A DNA stretch of 63,998 nt, the filler included, from Globobulimina sp. (taxonomy: Eukaryota): NCBI GenBank assembly GCA_003354225.1. It is 52 parts of 52 records of this genome, joined end to end, with 100 filler letters (N's around TTAATTAATTAA, not from the genome) between each part and the next. Parts side by side here need not be neighbours in the genome. Positions count along the whole stretch, not along the records: positions 12,338 to 13,470 come from PIVH01022696.1; positions 13,571 to 14,703 come from PIVH01022697.1; positions 14,804 to 15,936 come from PIVH01022698.1; positions 16,037 to 17,169 come from PIVH01022699.1; positions 17,270 to 18,402 come from PIVH01022700.1; positions 18,503 to 19,635 come from PIVH01022701.1; positions 19,736 to 20,868 come from PIVH01022702.1; positions 20,969 to 22,101 come from PIVH01022703.1; 44 more parts are not named here. One strand, given 5' to 3'. The notes below the pieces were generated by a model. The model was not told the origin of the DNA. It did no database searches and worked only from the letters and a program-made list of their open reading frames with translations. The translations under genes were made by a program, and so were the position numbers. Position 1 is the stretch's first letter. Each line of letters opens with the position of its first letter. This document shows, one piece after another, positions 12,338 through 23,893 of the stretch.

Positions 12338-13470
12338 CCTGGCTTTACCATCTGGTAGTAATGCTACAGGAAGACCCATGGAAGGTTCTAACCATATGTA
12401 TGTCAAAACTACAGACCAATCCAATACAACAGATTTTACATTTAAAACACGAAGTGATAATGGGAATAGTCATTTCACTGAAAAATGCAATGGGAACAGA
12501 TGTAGTTGTTGTAAACATGTAAAGCAAAGCCATTTATTAAATTGTACTATTACAAATAAACAATTTGAGTCATATATAGATAATGAAAATACTACTTGTA
12601 ATACCAAAAACATTGTTTATCTTATTACATGCGAGAAGTGCAAACTTCAGTATATTGGACAAACCATCAGAAAATTAAAAGACAGAATTATGGAACATAT
12701 TTATTCAATTAAGAAAAATGAAACCAATACATATTTAGTTCAACACTTCAATAAAGAAGGACATAGTATTGAAGATTTAAAAGTTCAAATCATGGAAACT
12801 GTACCAATACAAAATGAAAAGTCAAAAAACAGAAAGCAATGTGAAGATATTGAAGATTTCTGGATTCGTCAATTCATTACTGCCTTTCCTTTTGGACTAA
12901 ATGATAGAATTAAAAGCTATGGTGACGTCTCAAGTGGGGTAATCCCAGCAACAAAGACGAAGCACCCATATTTTTGTAGACCAATCAGAACAGAAAAAAG
13001 AAATAGAAAGCGAAACAAGAAACGGGAATCAAGAGTATCAGATCCAGATTTAATGAAAAAAGCCAGGAGTATTCAAAATAGTGATTCATACAGTTTTGAT
13101 CGACGAAGATTATATCTTTTTCTATGTTCACTTTCTAAAAAGAAGCTACTGGCAATTAATTATGCAATCAAAATGGGTGATATGGAGTTTTGGCATGACG
13201 ATATTAAACTGGCTACACAAGCTTATATGGCAGGGTATTACAACCATAATAAAAACACTAAAAATAAAGAAAAAGGCATAATAGTAGTAGCTAACTATCC
13301 TAATAGAGGCATGGAAATGCTTAAATTAGAAACAATTTTTAAGGATAGACGACTACAGAAAACATTTACATTTCAAAACAAAAAGTCTGAATTACCTATT
13401 ATTACTTACAAATATGAGACAACTATCAGCTGTAACCTATTCAACTATAATCACTTTCTCAAAAAACTAA
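12338..13470 (+). mobile_element. Penelope-like retroelement, N-terminal GIY-YIG endonuclease (Naiad-type order), partial
   Basis: C..RC.CC knuckle, NIVYLITCEKCKLQYIGQT.RKL.DR..EH, HF...H, EDFWI..F.T.FPFGLN, then >180 aa still open including PIITYKY.TTI...LFNY. Confidence 0.85.
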
Positions 13471-13619
13471 NNNNNNNNNNNNNNNNNNNNNNNNNNNNNN
13501 NNNNNNNNNNNNNNTTAATTAATTAANNNNNNNNNNNNNNNNNNNNNNNNNNNNNNNNNNNNNNNNNNNNGATACCTACTTATAAAAATGTAACACAAAA
13601 CATACATTGAACGAAGTGC

Positions 13620-13830
13620 TATCATATATGGTACCCTTTCAAATTCACTCTCAATGTGTACCTTATATGGTACCAGAAAAAAACGGTACAGTACGATGTG
13701 GTACCATTGGTGACAAGTTTGAAAGGGTACCTTATATGGGCACTGGTACTGGTGCCATTGGGCGCCAAAGGGTACCATATATAATACCGGGTCCATCTAT
13801 GGATCAGGAACCATGTGTACCACAAAGTAT
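13620..13830. repeat. GGTACC-rich palindromic repeat (MITE-like)
   Basis: TATATGGTACCCTTTCAAA inverted to TTTGAAAGGGTACCTTATA and CAAAGGGTACCATATAT; many GTACC units. Confidence 0.65.
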
Positions 13831-14414
13831 TATGTACTACTACCGTACGCTTGTGACAGAATATTTTTCACAAAAACAATTCAGCATCTCGAACTATCCA
13901 ATCCATATCTATCCATCTTGCTGATATTATTGTGGTCAGGGTACTGAGAAATGGAATCGGTATTGGGTATTGGTTTGTAAAACCCAATTGGGTATTGGGA
14001 ATTTATCGAAGAGAATTATAGGTTAAAATCGAACAAAAATTTGATTTTGAGTTTATTTTATAAAAATAATCAATTATGTTCGGTTCTGCTTACGAATTTT
14101 CGAAATTTGTTGTGTTTCTGACGAAAAAGGCTTTAAAATTTCTGATTTTCGACTACAAAACAGAAAATTACCTCTCTGAATTTGTAATTTATTGTTCACA
14201 AAAATACCCGATACACGATTCAGGTTCAAAAATACCAGAATCCGGTGTAGGTATCACGTTTTCTACTTTTTCTATCGGGTATGGGTAGACATAATACTCC
14301 ACAAATACCCGATTTCGATTATCAGGTATCGGGTGGACGCACACTAGATGAGGGTGGTGGCAGTGACCACAGATTAGGCAACAATTATACAAAAAATATA
14401 TCAATTTTTTCCAG

Positions 14415-14574
14415 GGACCCAACACCTGAGGCAGTCAATGGAGTAAAATGGGTTAAAGTAAAGGATGACACTCTAAGTCCATATCTGTATATGAGTCCTA
14501 GTAACAAAATTAAAGAAAAGTTCGCAACAAAAGGCATGAAATGGTGGTACGAATGGGTTCGTCCAATTTATTGA
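14415..14574 (+). CDS. Last exon of a type-B carboxylesterase (animal-like)
   Basis: TTTTCCAG acceptor, then (G)DPTP...VKW......PYLYM.......F.....KWW. Confidence 0.6.
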
Positions 14575-14803
14575 TCATTTAGTGCTAAGGTTTATGTTCT
14601 TCTAATGAACTGCTGTTGTTTATGTTACTCAGTTATTGTCGTCAATGCAAACATACATGCCAATGGGGGGGGGTGTTTTACCCACGGGCAGGGCAAAATG
14701 GACNNNNNNNNNNNNNNNNNNNNNNNNNNNNNNNNNNNNNNNNNNNNTTAATTAATTAANNNNNNNNNNNNNNNNNNNNNNNNNNNNNNNNNNNNNNNNN
14801 NNN

Positions 14804-15001
14804 TAAGAGCTCTGTATCAGAGAATGAAACACAAAAAGGTGTTTGACGAGCCCCAGCACAAGGTATAATTTCAAATGAATTATTTTTCCATGTGGCTACA
14901 ACCGTATACAATGATAATAAATTGATGAATAGATAGAATATAACAATTTGCATACCAACTCGCGAATAAGTTGTACCCAAATCAATTCCGATAGCTGCCA
15001 T
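14804..15001 (-). CDS. HSP70: Hsp70-family protein N-terminus with one intron (3' partial)
   Basis: MAAIGIDLGTTYSRV/ATWKNNSFEIIP...RQTPFCVSFSDTELL. Confidence 0.88.
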
Positions 15002-15066
15002 GGTGTTTGGACCAAAAAAAAGAGTTTTTTTTAATTTAATGCTATAGGCCTATTGCTTGTTAGCAA

Positions 15067-15759
15067 ATGGCTATCAATTTAAGTCATATTCTAAAGAATG
15101 AACATGGGAAAAGAGACAGAAATTGTGTGTTTGGTTATATTAGACGAGCTCAAGAATTATTTTGTGCGAATAACGCATTACTTATTATACCCGACATAGT
15201 AACGCATATTTGTTTATCATATTATCATTTATTTGTTGATGAGTGGGATTTAAATGCAATGGGTTATGACATGGTGTTATCAGATCAACGCATAATAACA
15301 AGGAGTACGCGCAAATACGACTATCAGACTGCTTTTCTAAGTCAAATCATTGAGTGTGGATCATACAAATGGACTTTCAAAATCATAGATTATAATGGAC
15401 TCGATAGCCATTATAATTATTTTATAGGAATTTGGAACATAAACTCGTGTACAACAACGAATGAATTGAAGAATACTTATTTTACAAAAGATTATAAAAA
15501 TAAGTATGGTTGGTTGGGTTCGTGCGGATTTCAATCAAGCCCAACCTCTGCAAGTTGTAGTGAGCGCTATGGCGTTAAAATCAAAAATAATGATATTATA
15601 GAAATGTGCGTAGATTTGGAGGATTTGGAATTGAGATTTATTATAAATGGTACTGATTATGGGAAAATGTTTAACATTGAAAAAACAAAATATAGAGCTG
15701 CTGTTATGATGTCTGCAAAGGGCAATAAAATACAATTATTACCAAATAAGTACAATTAA
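15067..15759 (+). CDS. SPRY/B30.2-like protein with N-terminal FGYIR module
   Basis: CVFGYIR...IIPDIVTHICLSYY; WTFKI...IGIW...YGVKIKNNDIIEMCVDLEDLELRFIINGTDYG...YRAAV. Confidence 0.8.
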   Translation: MAINLSHILKNEHGKRDRNCVFGYIRRAQELFCANNALLIIPDIVTHICLSYYHLFVDEWDLNAMGYDMVLSDQRIITRSTRKYDYQTAFLSQIIECGSYKWTFKIIDYNGLDSHYNYFIGIWNINSCTTTNELKNTYFTKDYKNKYGWLGSCGFQSSPTSASCSERYGVKIKNNDIIEMCVDLEDLELRFIINGTDYGKMFNIEKTKYRAAVMMSAKGNKIQLLPNKYN

Positions 15760-16036
15760 TATGATTATAATAATACTATTCAATCATGTAAAATATTGTA
15801 CGGATACAACTTGACGTTTTAGGTTCACACTTCTAAACACTTCTTTTGTGATTGGCTAAGTCTAAGTTTTTTAAAGTTAAATAACAACTAATTATCAATA
15901 AACAAACAAAAATTAATTGGCCTCACTGGATAGTCCNNNNNNNNNNNNNNNNNNNNNNNNNNNNNNNNNNNNNNNNNNNNTTAATTAATTAANNNNNNNN
16001 NNNNNNNNNNNNNNNNNNNNNNNNNNNNNNNNNNNN

Positions 16037-16238
16037 ACAGCAAGAGCATCTATCTATCCTAGCCATATTCCCCTACTAAATTTGAGATGTACCATTGAAC
16101 TGTTATCGTCCATTATACCTAGTTTAGTTTTGTATAATATTTTTGTACCTTTTATACAATGTGCAGACGAGTATCCTTATGCATAGGATTATCTACAGTA
16201 GGGGAATATGGCTAGGATAGATAGATGCTCTTGCTGTG
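16037..16238. mobile_element. ~200-bp MITE with 41-bp perfect terminal inverted repeats
   Basis: 16037-16077 is the exact reverse complement of 16197-16237; right end followed by TA. Confidence 0.75.
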
Positions 16239-16554
16239 TAATGATTTATTTGTCACACCTTTTCTCTGAACTAAACAGAATTTATTTAGATCATTTATGC
16301 ACACACACTTTTGTAATGGTCAATAAATATCATTTTTGAGTTCAGTTGTATGTTTGAGATGGATCGATTTTTGGTAATTTGTCGCCGTTTTCCGATCTGG
16401 TCAGGCTGGCACAATTCCAAATTCTGACGAATATATATATTCTGGTCATTTTTGTGCCAATAGAGTGGTCAGATCACGAAATAAATGTCATTTTCGAGTT
16501 CAGCAGGTCGAGACGGATCGAATGGTATATCGCATCAATGTTTTTGAAAGAAAC

Positions 16555-16865
16555 GATTTTTGGCCATTTTTTCGGCGTTTTTCGGCCCGGTTTTCGGTCG
16601 GATCTGAAATTTTCCGTTTCCAACCTTCCTAACTTTTCGAGAGCTTCATTTTGAGTGGTATATCGAGGGGTCTAGCGTCAAAATTGACGAAGTTAGAAAA
16701 AGTGCTCTCAAAAATGACCATATTTGGTCATTTTTGGTTTTTGCCGTTTTTCGGCCCGGTTTTCGGTCGGATCTGAAATTTTCCATTTCCAACCTTCCTA
16801 TCTCGTCGAGAGCTTCATTTTGAGTGGTATATTGAGGGGTCTAGCGTCAAAATTGACGAAGTTGG
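16555..16865. repeat. Tandem duplication, ~169-bp period (animal-like repeat)
   Basis: TTCGGCCCGGTTTTCGGTCGGATCTGAAATTTTCC...GGGTCTAGCGTCAAAATTGACGAAGTT at ~16581 and ~16750. Confidence 0.85.
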
Positions 16866-17269
16866 AATTTTGACTCCAAATTTCTTATGAAATTTCAGTG
16901 ATTTTTATTACTGAAAATACAGCGATAGGTGCCCTTTTCAATCGAAGCGAAAAGTACCCTTTATATCTCCGATTTTGATGCGGTTTGCGCCAAATATCTT
17001 AGAATTGGCCATATTTTCATAATCAGTTGAGTCCCCAATGGGCTAAATTCGTATAGAGAAAAAATTTTTTTTCCATGTAACACTTTTCGGTGGTTTTCGG
17101 AGGTTTTTAGCTGGAATCACTCTTAAGAGCCAGTTTGCGAAAGAGGCGACCCTCTGGGACCCCTTTGTGNNNNNNNNNNNNNNNNNNNNNNNNNNNNNNN
17201 NNNNNNNNNNNNNTTAATTAATTAANNNNNNNNNNNNNNNNNNNNNNNNNNNNNNNNNNNNNNNNNNNN

Positions 17270-18402
17270 ATTATTGGATTACGGTCAAGGTCGAGAGTAT
17301 GCGAATTTAATTATAGAGAGATTGTACCCATTTTATATTATATTGTTGTTGAACATGAATTATTGCCGGTAGAATATTATAAAGATTTAATAATTGTTTT
17401 AAATGATATCAAAGAAATGGAATGGAAAAATCTAAGTTTAAGTGGTATATTTCCAATGTTCTCGTTATCAACGATGATTATTAAAATGTTAAAATACTTA
17501 TTTGGTGTTCTCCAATTTGAAAAATTAAACAAGGATAATTTTCTCTGTAGTATTTGTCATGAAATATTAAAGTATCCACATACAGTTAAATGTGGTCATT
17601 CCTTTTGCTATGGTTGTTTAACATTATTAATTGGTACAAACTCAACAGTTTATCAACAGTGTTTCGATAAAGCAGGAATTGAACCATGCCGTTGTCCATT
17701 ATGCAGAAGTGAGGTTAATGGTCATTTTGACAGAAATGACAGTAAATCTGCATTTGTATTAAATGTAAGCTTATATAATAAAATTAATTCTGATTTGATT
17801 ATATTTGTGGATGAGAATGAGGGAAAAAAGAATGATGATTTTAATGGCAATGAATCTGAATATTGGAAACATTTACAAACAAATCACAAAATGGGAGATG
17901 ATACAGTAATGAAAAATGAATTTATTCAATTCTGTCAATTTATGGAGAAACAAAATAAAAGTTACAAAGAAAATGAAAATATAACAAAAGTACAAACCGA
18001 AGAAGCAAAGAAAGCAAAACAGGCCAAAGTTGAAGAGAAAAAACTATTTAAACAGGCAAAGTATGAAAATGCATTGGAAAAATATAGAAAAGCATTGGAA
18101 ATATGTCCAATTACTCACAAGAGTGACAGGGTTATTTATTATAGCAATATTACAGTAACTTTAATGAAAATGAAAAATTATTGTCATGCATTCAGAGCAT
18201 CTCAAAGTGGTTTAATTATGAATCCGACGCATATTAAATTATTAAATAATGGAATTGAATCATTAAATATTTTTTTGAAATGTGAAAAAAATGGAATAAA
18301 ATCATTACATCCATTTTTAAAAATTGGTAAAGATAATGAATTATGTGAAAATAAAAGATCATATGATATTATTTTATATCAATTATTATGGGATTTTGAA
18401 TT
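17270..18402 (+). CDS. RING finger plus TPR protein (partial)
   Basis: CSICHEILKYPHTVKCGHSFCYGC...CPLCR; LFKQAKYENALEKYRKAL...YYSN TPRs. Confidence 0.88.
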
Positions 18403-18502
18403 NNNNNNNNNNNNNNNNNNNNNNNNNNNNNNNNNNNNNNNNNNNNTTAATTAATTAANNNNNNNNNNNNNNNNNNNNNNNNNNNNNNNNNNNNNNNNNN
18501 NN

Positions 18503-19073
18503 TATAACAACGATTTGCCCCATATTCTGTAATCATTAAGTCGACAACATTTACTTTATCATTCCAACAAGCATTTTCCAATCCTCCATTCCAATCATCT
18601 GCACCGTGTTCAGTAATCAAAAAATTTATAACGTCTATATTACCCCCAAAACAAGCAATGCGTAATCCTCCATTCCAATCATTTGCACCGTGTTCGGTAA
18701 TCAAAAAATTTATTATATCCATATGTCCTCCTTCACATGCGCCTTTTAATCCAAAATTAAAATTATCTGCACCATTATCAACTAATATTCTTACAATTTC
18801 AATATACCCCATCTTACAGGCTTCATACATACAAACATTAAAATTCACGGCTCCATATTGTATCATTTTATTTACTAAAATTACATTTCCTGAATAAGAA
18901 GAAGATAATAATCCTCTATTACAATTTCCTCCACGTCGTATCATTTCATCAGCCATCCATATTTCTTCACATAAACAGGATTCTTGAAGAATTTGATTTA
19001 CATTGTATTGTTGTAATAACAGATTTACATTATGTGAGCGGATATTTAAACGCATTATTTCTCCGTCGGTCAT
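18503..19073 (-). CDS. Ankyrin-repeat protein of giant-virus type (3' partial)
   Basis: Repeated GA.DWNGGL..AC.GG..D.I.FLI units. Confidence 0.85.
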
Positions 19074-19104
19074 TTTGGAAATATAGTTGTTGTATTGTAT
19101 ATAT

Positions 19105-19593
19105 TTAAGGCTTTTTCATTGCACGCAATTCACGCTCCATATCCCGCAAAACGCGCATTATATCCACATCTCCATCAATTTCTCCCTCATAGCATAACAC
19201 CTGTTGTAGGACAAATTCGCGACAAACAAGCAAGTCCAATACAATATCACTCGTTTCCTCTAAATAATCAATATATTCCTCATAATCACCAACCATGTGT
19301 ACATAGCCCTTATATATTGCCATATTATCCTTTTTATATTCGGCAATCAAGTTGGTATATAATTTTAGAATTTCCACAATGAGAGTACTAAGACCCCGTG
19401 CCTCCTTTCGCATTCTCTTACATTCGAGCAATCTCTTGACTTTTTGTGTATATGACGAAATGTGTTTTTTCACATCGTCGTTCATTTCGCGCAGTTTTGT
19501 AATTCGCGAATTTAGTGCGACGGTCATGTGCTTTTTCTCACCACCACCTGTGGCAATTTGTTTTACGATATTATTTATGTGTGTTTCAAACAT
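19105..19593 (-). CDS. Hypothetical helical protein
   Basis: Intronless 162-aa ORF, 31 bp upstream of the ankyrin gene. Confidence 0.7.
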   Translation of the reverse strand: MFETHINNIVKQIATGGGEKKHMTVALNSRITKLREMNDDVKKHISSYTQKVKRLLECKRMRKEARGLSTLIVEILKLYTNLIAEYKKDNMAIYKGYVHMVGDYEEYIDYLEETSDIVLDLLVCREFVLQQVLCYEGEIDGDVDIMRVLRDMERELRAMKKP

Positions 19594-20104
19594 CCTATAT
19601 ATATACTATAAATATGTCGTGGAATATAAAAACAANNNNNNNNNNNNNNNNNNNNNNNNNNNNNNNNNNNNNNNNNNNNTTAATTAATTAANNNNNNNNN
19701 NNNNNNNNNNNNNNNNNNNNNNNNNNNNNNNNNNNCTGCTATACTAAAATGGGCACCACCATACCCTGCGAATGTTGTCTTGCGGCAACAACAACTGACC
19801 CCCTTTCCGACGACGATGAATCATCAACAGCAACTGACGAACAACTACCATTAAACAACAAAAACGAAAAACGCCACGTTAACAGAACAAATCAATAAAA
19901 TGAACAAAACAAATCAATAAAATTATCGTAATTAACAAAAAAAGCAAAATCGAAAGATTTCAACAATTAAAAAAAAAAAAGATTCAAAGTAACAGTGTAA
20001 TCATTATATATTGGTTGGATTACATGTGTTTATTCAGAATTAAAATACAAAAATACGTTCGAAAAAAATTAGTAATTATAAAACCAATTCGATATATTCT
20101 TAGC

Positions 20105-20632
20105 TTACACCCCTTCTGCCTCGATTTCCATATCAACAAATACTAAATCTTCATCATTCTCTGCCTTTACAATCCCAATGGCTTTTATTGCTTTTATCAC
20201 TTTCATATTCTTATCATCGTCGCCTTCCACATCATGCTCCAAATCAATATCCACCTTTTCTTCCTTTACAACCTCCTCTAAAATTGGTAATGCTTTCTTT
20301 TGATGTGGCAATTGAATAATTTCTGCTTTTGGTTGATTGCCAGGTAATGCATACACAGAATTAAAATCTGGTGATTGTATTAATAAATTAATTAAATCGC
20401 AGCCATACAACATCTCAAACACATAAACAATCAAATTAAATGGTTTTAAATTGGTTCCCGGCATTAGGAAATAATCATTCTTTTCAAATTCTTGTTTTAA
20501 TGGAAGTAACTCATTTTGGTTAAATAATTGATAAAAAATTGAGTCAGATTGAAAACTAATTGTACAATTTACCAATAAACGACCAGAAATTCCATATCCT
20601 TCGTCATAAACTATCTTATTCACTGTGTACAT
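20105..20632 (-). CDS. Hypothetical protein with acidic C-terminus
   Basis: 175-aa ATG-to-stop ORF with coding-like composition. Confidence 0.55.
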   Translation of the reverse strand: MYTVNKIVYDEGYGISGRLLVNCTISFQSDSIFYQLFNQNELLPLKQEFEKNDYFLMPGTNLKPFNLIVYVFEMLYGCDLINLLIQSPDFNSVYALPGNQPKAEIIQLPHQKKALPILEEVVKEEKVDIDLEHDVEGDDDKNMKVIKAIKAIGIVKAENDEDLVFVDMEIEAEGV

Positions 20633-20968
20633 ATTCCCACAAAAACATAAAGATTACCACAAATTGAAAACATTTTTGCTGTCAAAAATTGAATTTTGAA
20701 ACTCAACCAATCAACATTTTAAATTTATACTTCGTGAAAAAAAAATCAATCAATCAAAAAACTTTTTAATTTTTTTTCAGACATTTTTTATGCAATCAAT
20801 CAAAAAAACGTTTAAAATTTTAATGAAAACATACATTTTTTAATATTTTTGATTTGAGATTGTTTTTCNNNNNNNNNNNNNNNNNNNNNNNNNNNNNNNN
20901 NNNNNNNNNNNNTTAATTAATTAANNNNNNNNNNNNNNNNNNNNNNNNNNNNNNNNNNNNNNNNNNNN

Positions 20969-22101
20969 TTGCCTCTTAGGTTCCATAATATCCATTTTGA
21001 AGCAGCCGGACGGGGACTCGCCAAACCATTACAGACCTATAACGTTATTACCGCTCATATTTAAAGCCTATGAACGCTTAGTTTTATGGAATATGAATAT
21101 CCAGCACCAATTCAGGAAAAACCTGCACATTTTACAAGGAGGTAATCGCGCAAAAAGAGGGGTCCCTGAACAAATTGGTACTTTGCATCTAATGACGGAA
21201 ACAGCAAAGAAACAGAACAAACCATTGTACTGCGCATCCTTAGACATTCGCAAAGCATTTGACACAGTGTGGAGGAAGGGTCTCCTCTTCAAATTACACC
21301 ATAAATTTAATATACCCATCACTCTCTGCAAAATAATAAAATCAATATACAATGACTCACATTCAGCCATAAGAAACGTCCCATTTATCACGCACCTCTT
21401 TAAACTGCATAATGGAGTCTTACAAGGCTCTGTTTTAAGCCCCATTCTCTTTGCCGCATTCATAAATGATATGATTGATGATCTACAAAACTCCAACAAA
21501 GGAGCAATATCACCAGACCCTCACAATAAAATTTCCTGTATATTCTACGCTGATGATGTCATATTATTAGCCAATTCTGTCGAGGATCTCCAACATCTCT
21601 TGAAAATATGCGAAAAACACAGCAAAATGTGGGCCTACACCTTTAATGCGAAAAAATGCAAAACCATCATTTATAACGACACAGATCTCCTCAGCAACAA
21701 TGTAAACCATTATGACGCTAATCAGAAAAAACAGATAAATGACGAATATCACTCCAAAATTCATTATAATAATTACTTGCCCGCGCCAATGGTATTGCTA
21801 AAACACATCAAAAACAAACAAACAATGGCAGTTGATATAAACGGTCACATTCGAAACTATTATAATGATGACATCCCCGCCCATTACAGCAAGTCATTCA
21901 AAGAGCACTGTGATTACTACAACAATGAAACAAGCAATAAACCATTCCATATAATATGGGATAACATAATATTTGACCCAACATGGTCCCCGTCAAAAAT
22001 GCACCATCTATGCAGAATGTATGGCAAACCATTAATCAATGCCACTTATCTACGCTATTTAGGCGCCCATTTGTGTTCGTTTGACGCACTGAATTTGGTC
22101 T
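20969..22101 (+). mobile_element. Non-LTR (LINE) retrotransposon reverse transcriptase (partial)
   Basis: YRPITLL, LDIRKAFDTVWR, GVLQGSVLSPILF, YADD, FNAKKCK, RYLG. Confidence 0.95.
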
Positions 22102-22201
22102 NNNNNNNNNNNNNNNNNNNNNNNNNNNNNNNNNNNNNNNNNNNNTTAATTAATTAANNNNNNNNNNNNNNNNNNNNNNNNNNNNNNNNNNNNNNNNNNN
22201 N

Positions 22202-23334
22202 CTCTGTGCAATTGCGATCGAGCATTTATTTTGTAAATGAAGGGATATTACGTGAATTTTCATTCAAAACAGCGCAACTGACTTTATTTAACAGCACTTT
22301 ACCTTACAACCGAGAGGCTCCCTGTGTGTCTGCAATGTATCCAGATTATATCTTTGCGACAGGTGGTGATGATGCTGTCAATGGTAATGAGAGCGCACAG
22401 CTGCAAATATTTGCTGCAAATAGTTAAGTATATGTTTGGTATCATATGCAGCTAGATTCTAAGCAATACATTTTATATGAAATATATATCACCACGCAGT
22501 TTTTATAAAAATAGGCAATATTTAGCGTGTTTTTACAAAAATCCGCTACGAATCCAATACTGCAAACATATATAGGCTCTGGGGTATGGTATGCGGGACC
22601 AGAGATGAACAATGCTCGCAGTAACCATGCATGTATTGTGTATAATAATTATTTATATGCCTTCGGTGGTATGTGGCTTTTTGATGAATGGCATGCACGT
22701 GAATCATCAGAAAGAATATATATTGGAGATATGGCAAATATAGCGTCGTATAATTGGTCTTATATCGATTATATACCTGGTTCAAATGTATATTATCATC
22801 GAGCAGTTGTTGATAGTTTATATGATCAAATATATTTGATTGGAGGAAGAGATACAGTCAACGGTGCAGCATCGAGGGGAATACAAATATATGATATCTC
22901 AACATCCACCATGACACTTATAAATACAGGCAGTGGCATATTAAATATAGGTCGATCGTCACCAGCCGTTATATTAGTAAATAATCACATATATGTATTT
23001 GGTGGATACAACACATCCTACCATTGTGATACCTATGAAATGTCAAATTTATTAACATTATCCCCTACAGTATCACCAACAAAATCGACACAAGTTCCTA
23101 CAAAATCGCCAACAAAATCTCCATCCAAATCACCAACAGAATCGCCTACAAATACTACATTTGAACAAACGTACAATCCAACAATGGGACCATCATTTCG
23201 TCATCATTCAGATGGAGAAGTGTCAGATAATGAGTTAGTTAGCACAGATACTCCAACCACAACCAATGTAAGGAATTCAGAGTGGAGAGAATATCGATAC
23301 CGTTGGTTTGTCGTTATTGCCCTGAGTGTTTTTC
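22202..23334 (+). CDS. Kelch-repeat surface protein with PT/SP-rich stalk and C-terminal TM, one intron (partial)
   Basis: LYAFGG, IYLIGG, IYVFGG kelch blades; PTKSPTKSP repeats; WFVVIALSVF. Confidence 0.85.
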
Positions 23335-23434
23335 NNNNNNNNNNNNNNNNNNNNNNNNNNNNNNNNNNNNNNNNNNNNTTAATTAATTAANNNNNNNNNN
23401 NNNNNNNNNNNNNNNNNNNNNNNNNNNNNNNNNN

Positions 23435-23695
23435 ATGTCTGGTGTCTGGCCATCAATGCCTGCGATTTCTAATGTTTTTGCATTTGCCAACGCCATGTGT
23501 CCGTCCATTCGATTCAACCAAATGGGATTATCAGATGGCGGCAACCAACTTTTATGTGGCAGTGTTCCGCCAAAATTATAATGATCCCAATCCCCACCGA
23601 GTATCCATTTTCTTTTTGGTTGTGTTTTACAAAAATCAGAAACCCGTTTGGCAAATTCTGATTTTTTAGTTACATCTCGCAACTCGATCGGTTCA
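23435..23695 (-). CDS. Amidohydrolase-3 (YtcJ/LAF3-like) internal fragment
   Basis: IELRDV...EF..RV...WILGGDWDH.NFGG.LP.KSW...NPIWLNRMDGHMALAN..L..AGI...TPD. Confidence 0.8.
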
Positions 23696-23893
23696 CCATT
23701 GTTATGACGCACGGCACAGTCAATAAAAGCATAAAAAAACTGAAAAAGTGTAAAATATCTGAAATCATATAATAAGTATCATCACAAACTGTAAAATACA
23801 AGAAAAATACACGTATACTTTTACATACATAATAAAAACAACAAAAACAAACAAAAAGTATAATAAATAGCATATAATTATGTTTTTATGATT

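Noticed and set aside
12338..13470. Selenocysteine recoding in the Naiad-like element
   Set aside because: No in-frame TGA in the visible portion.
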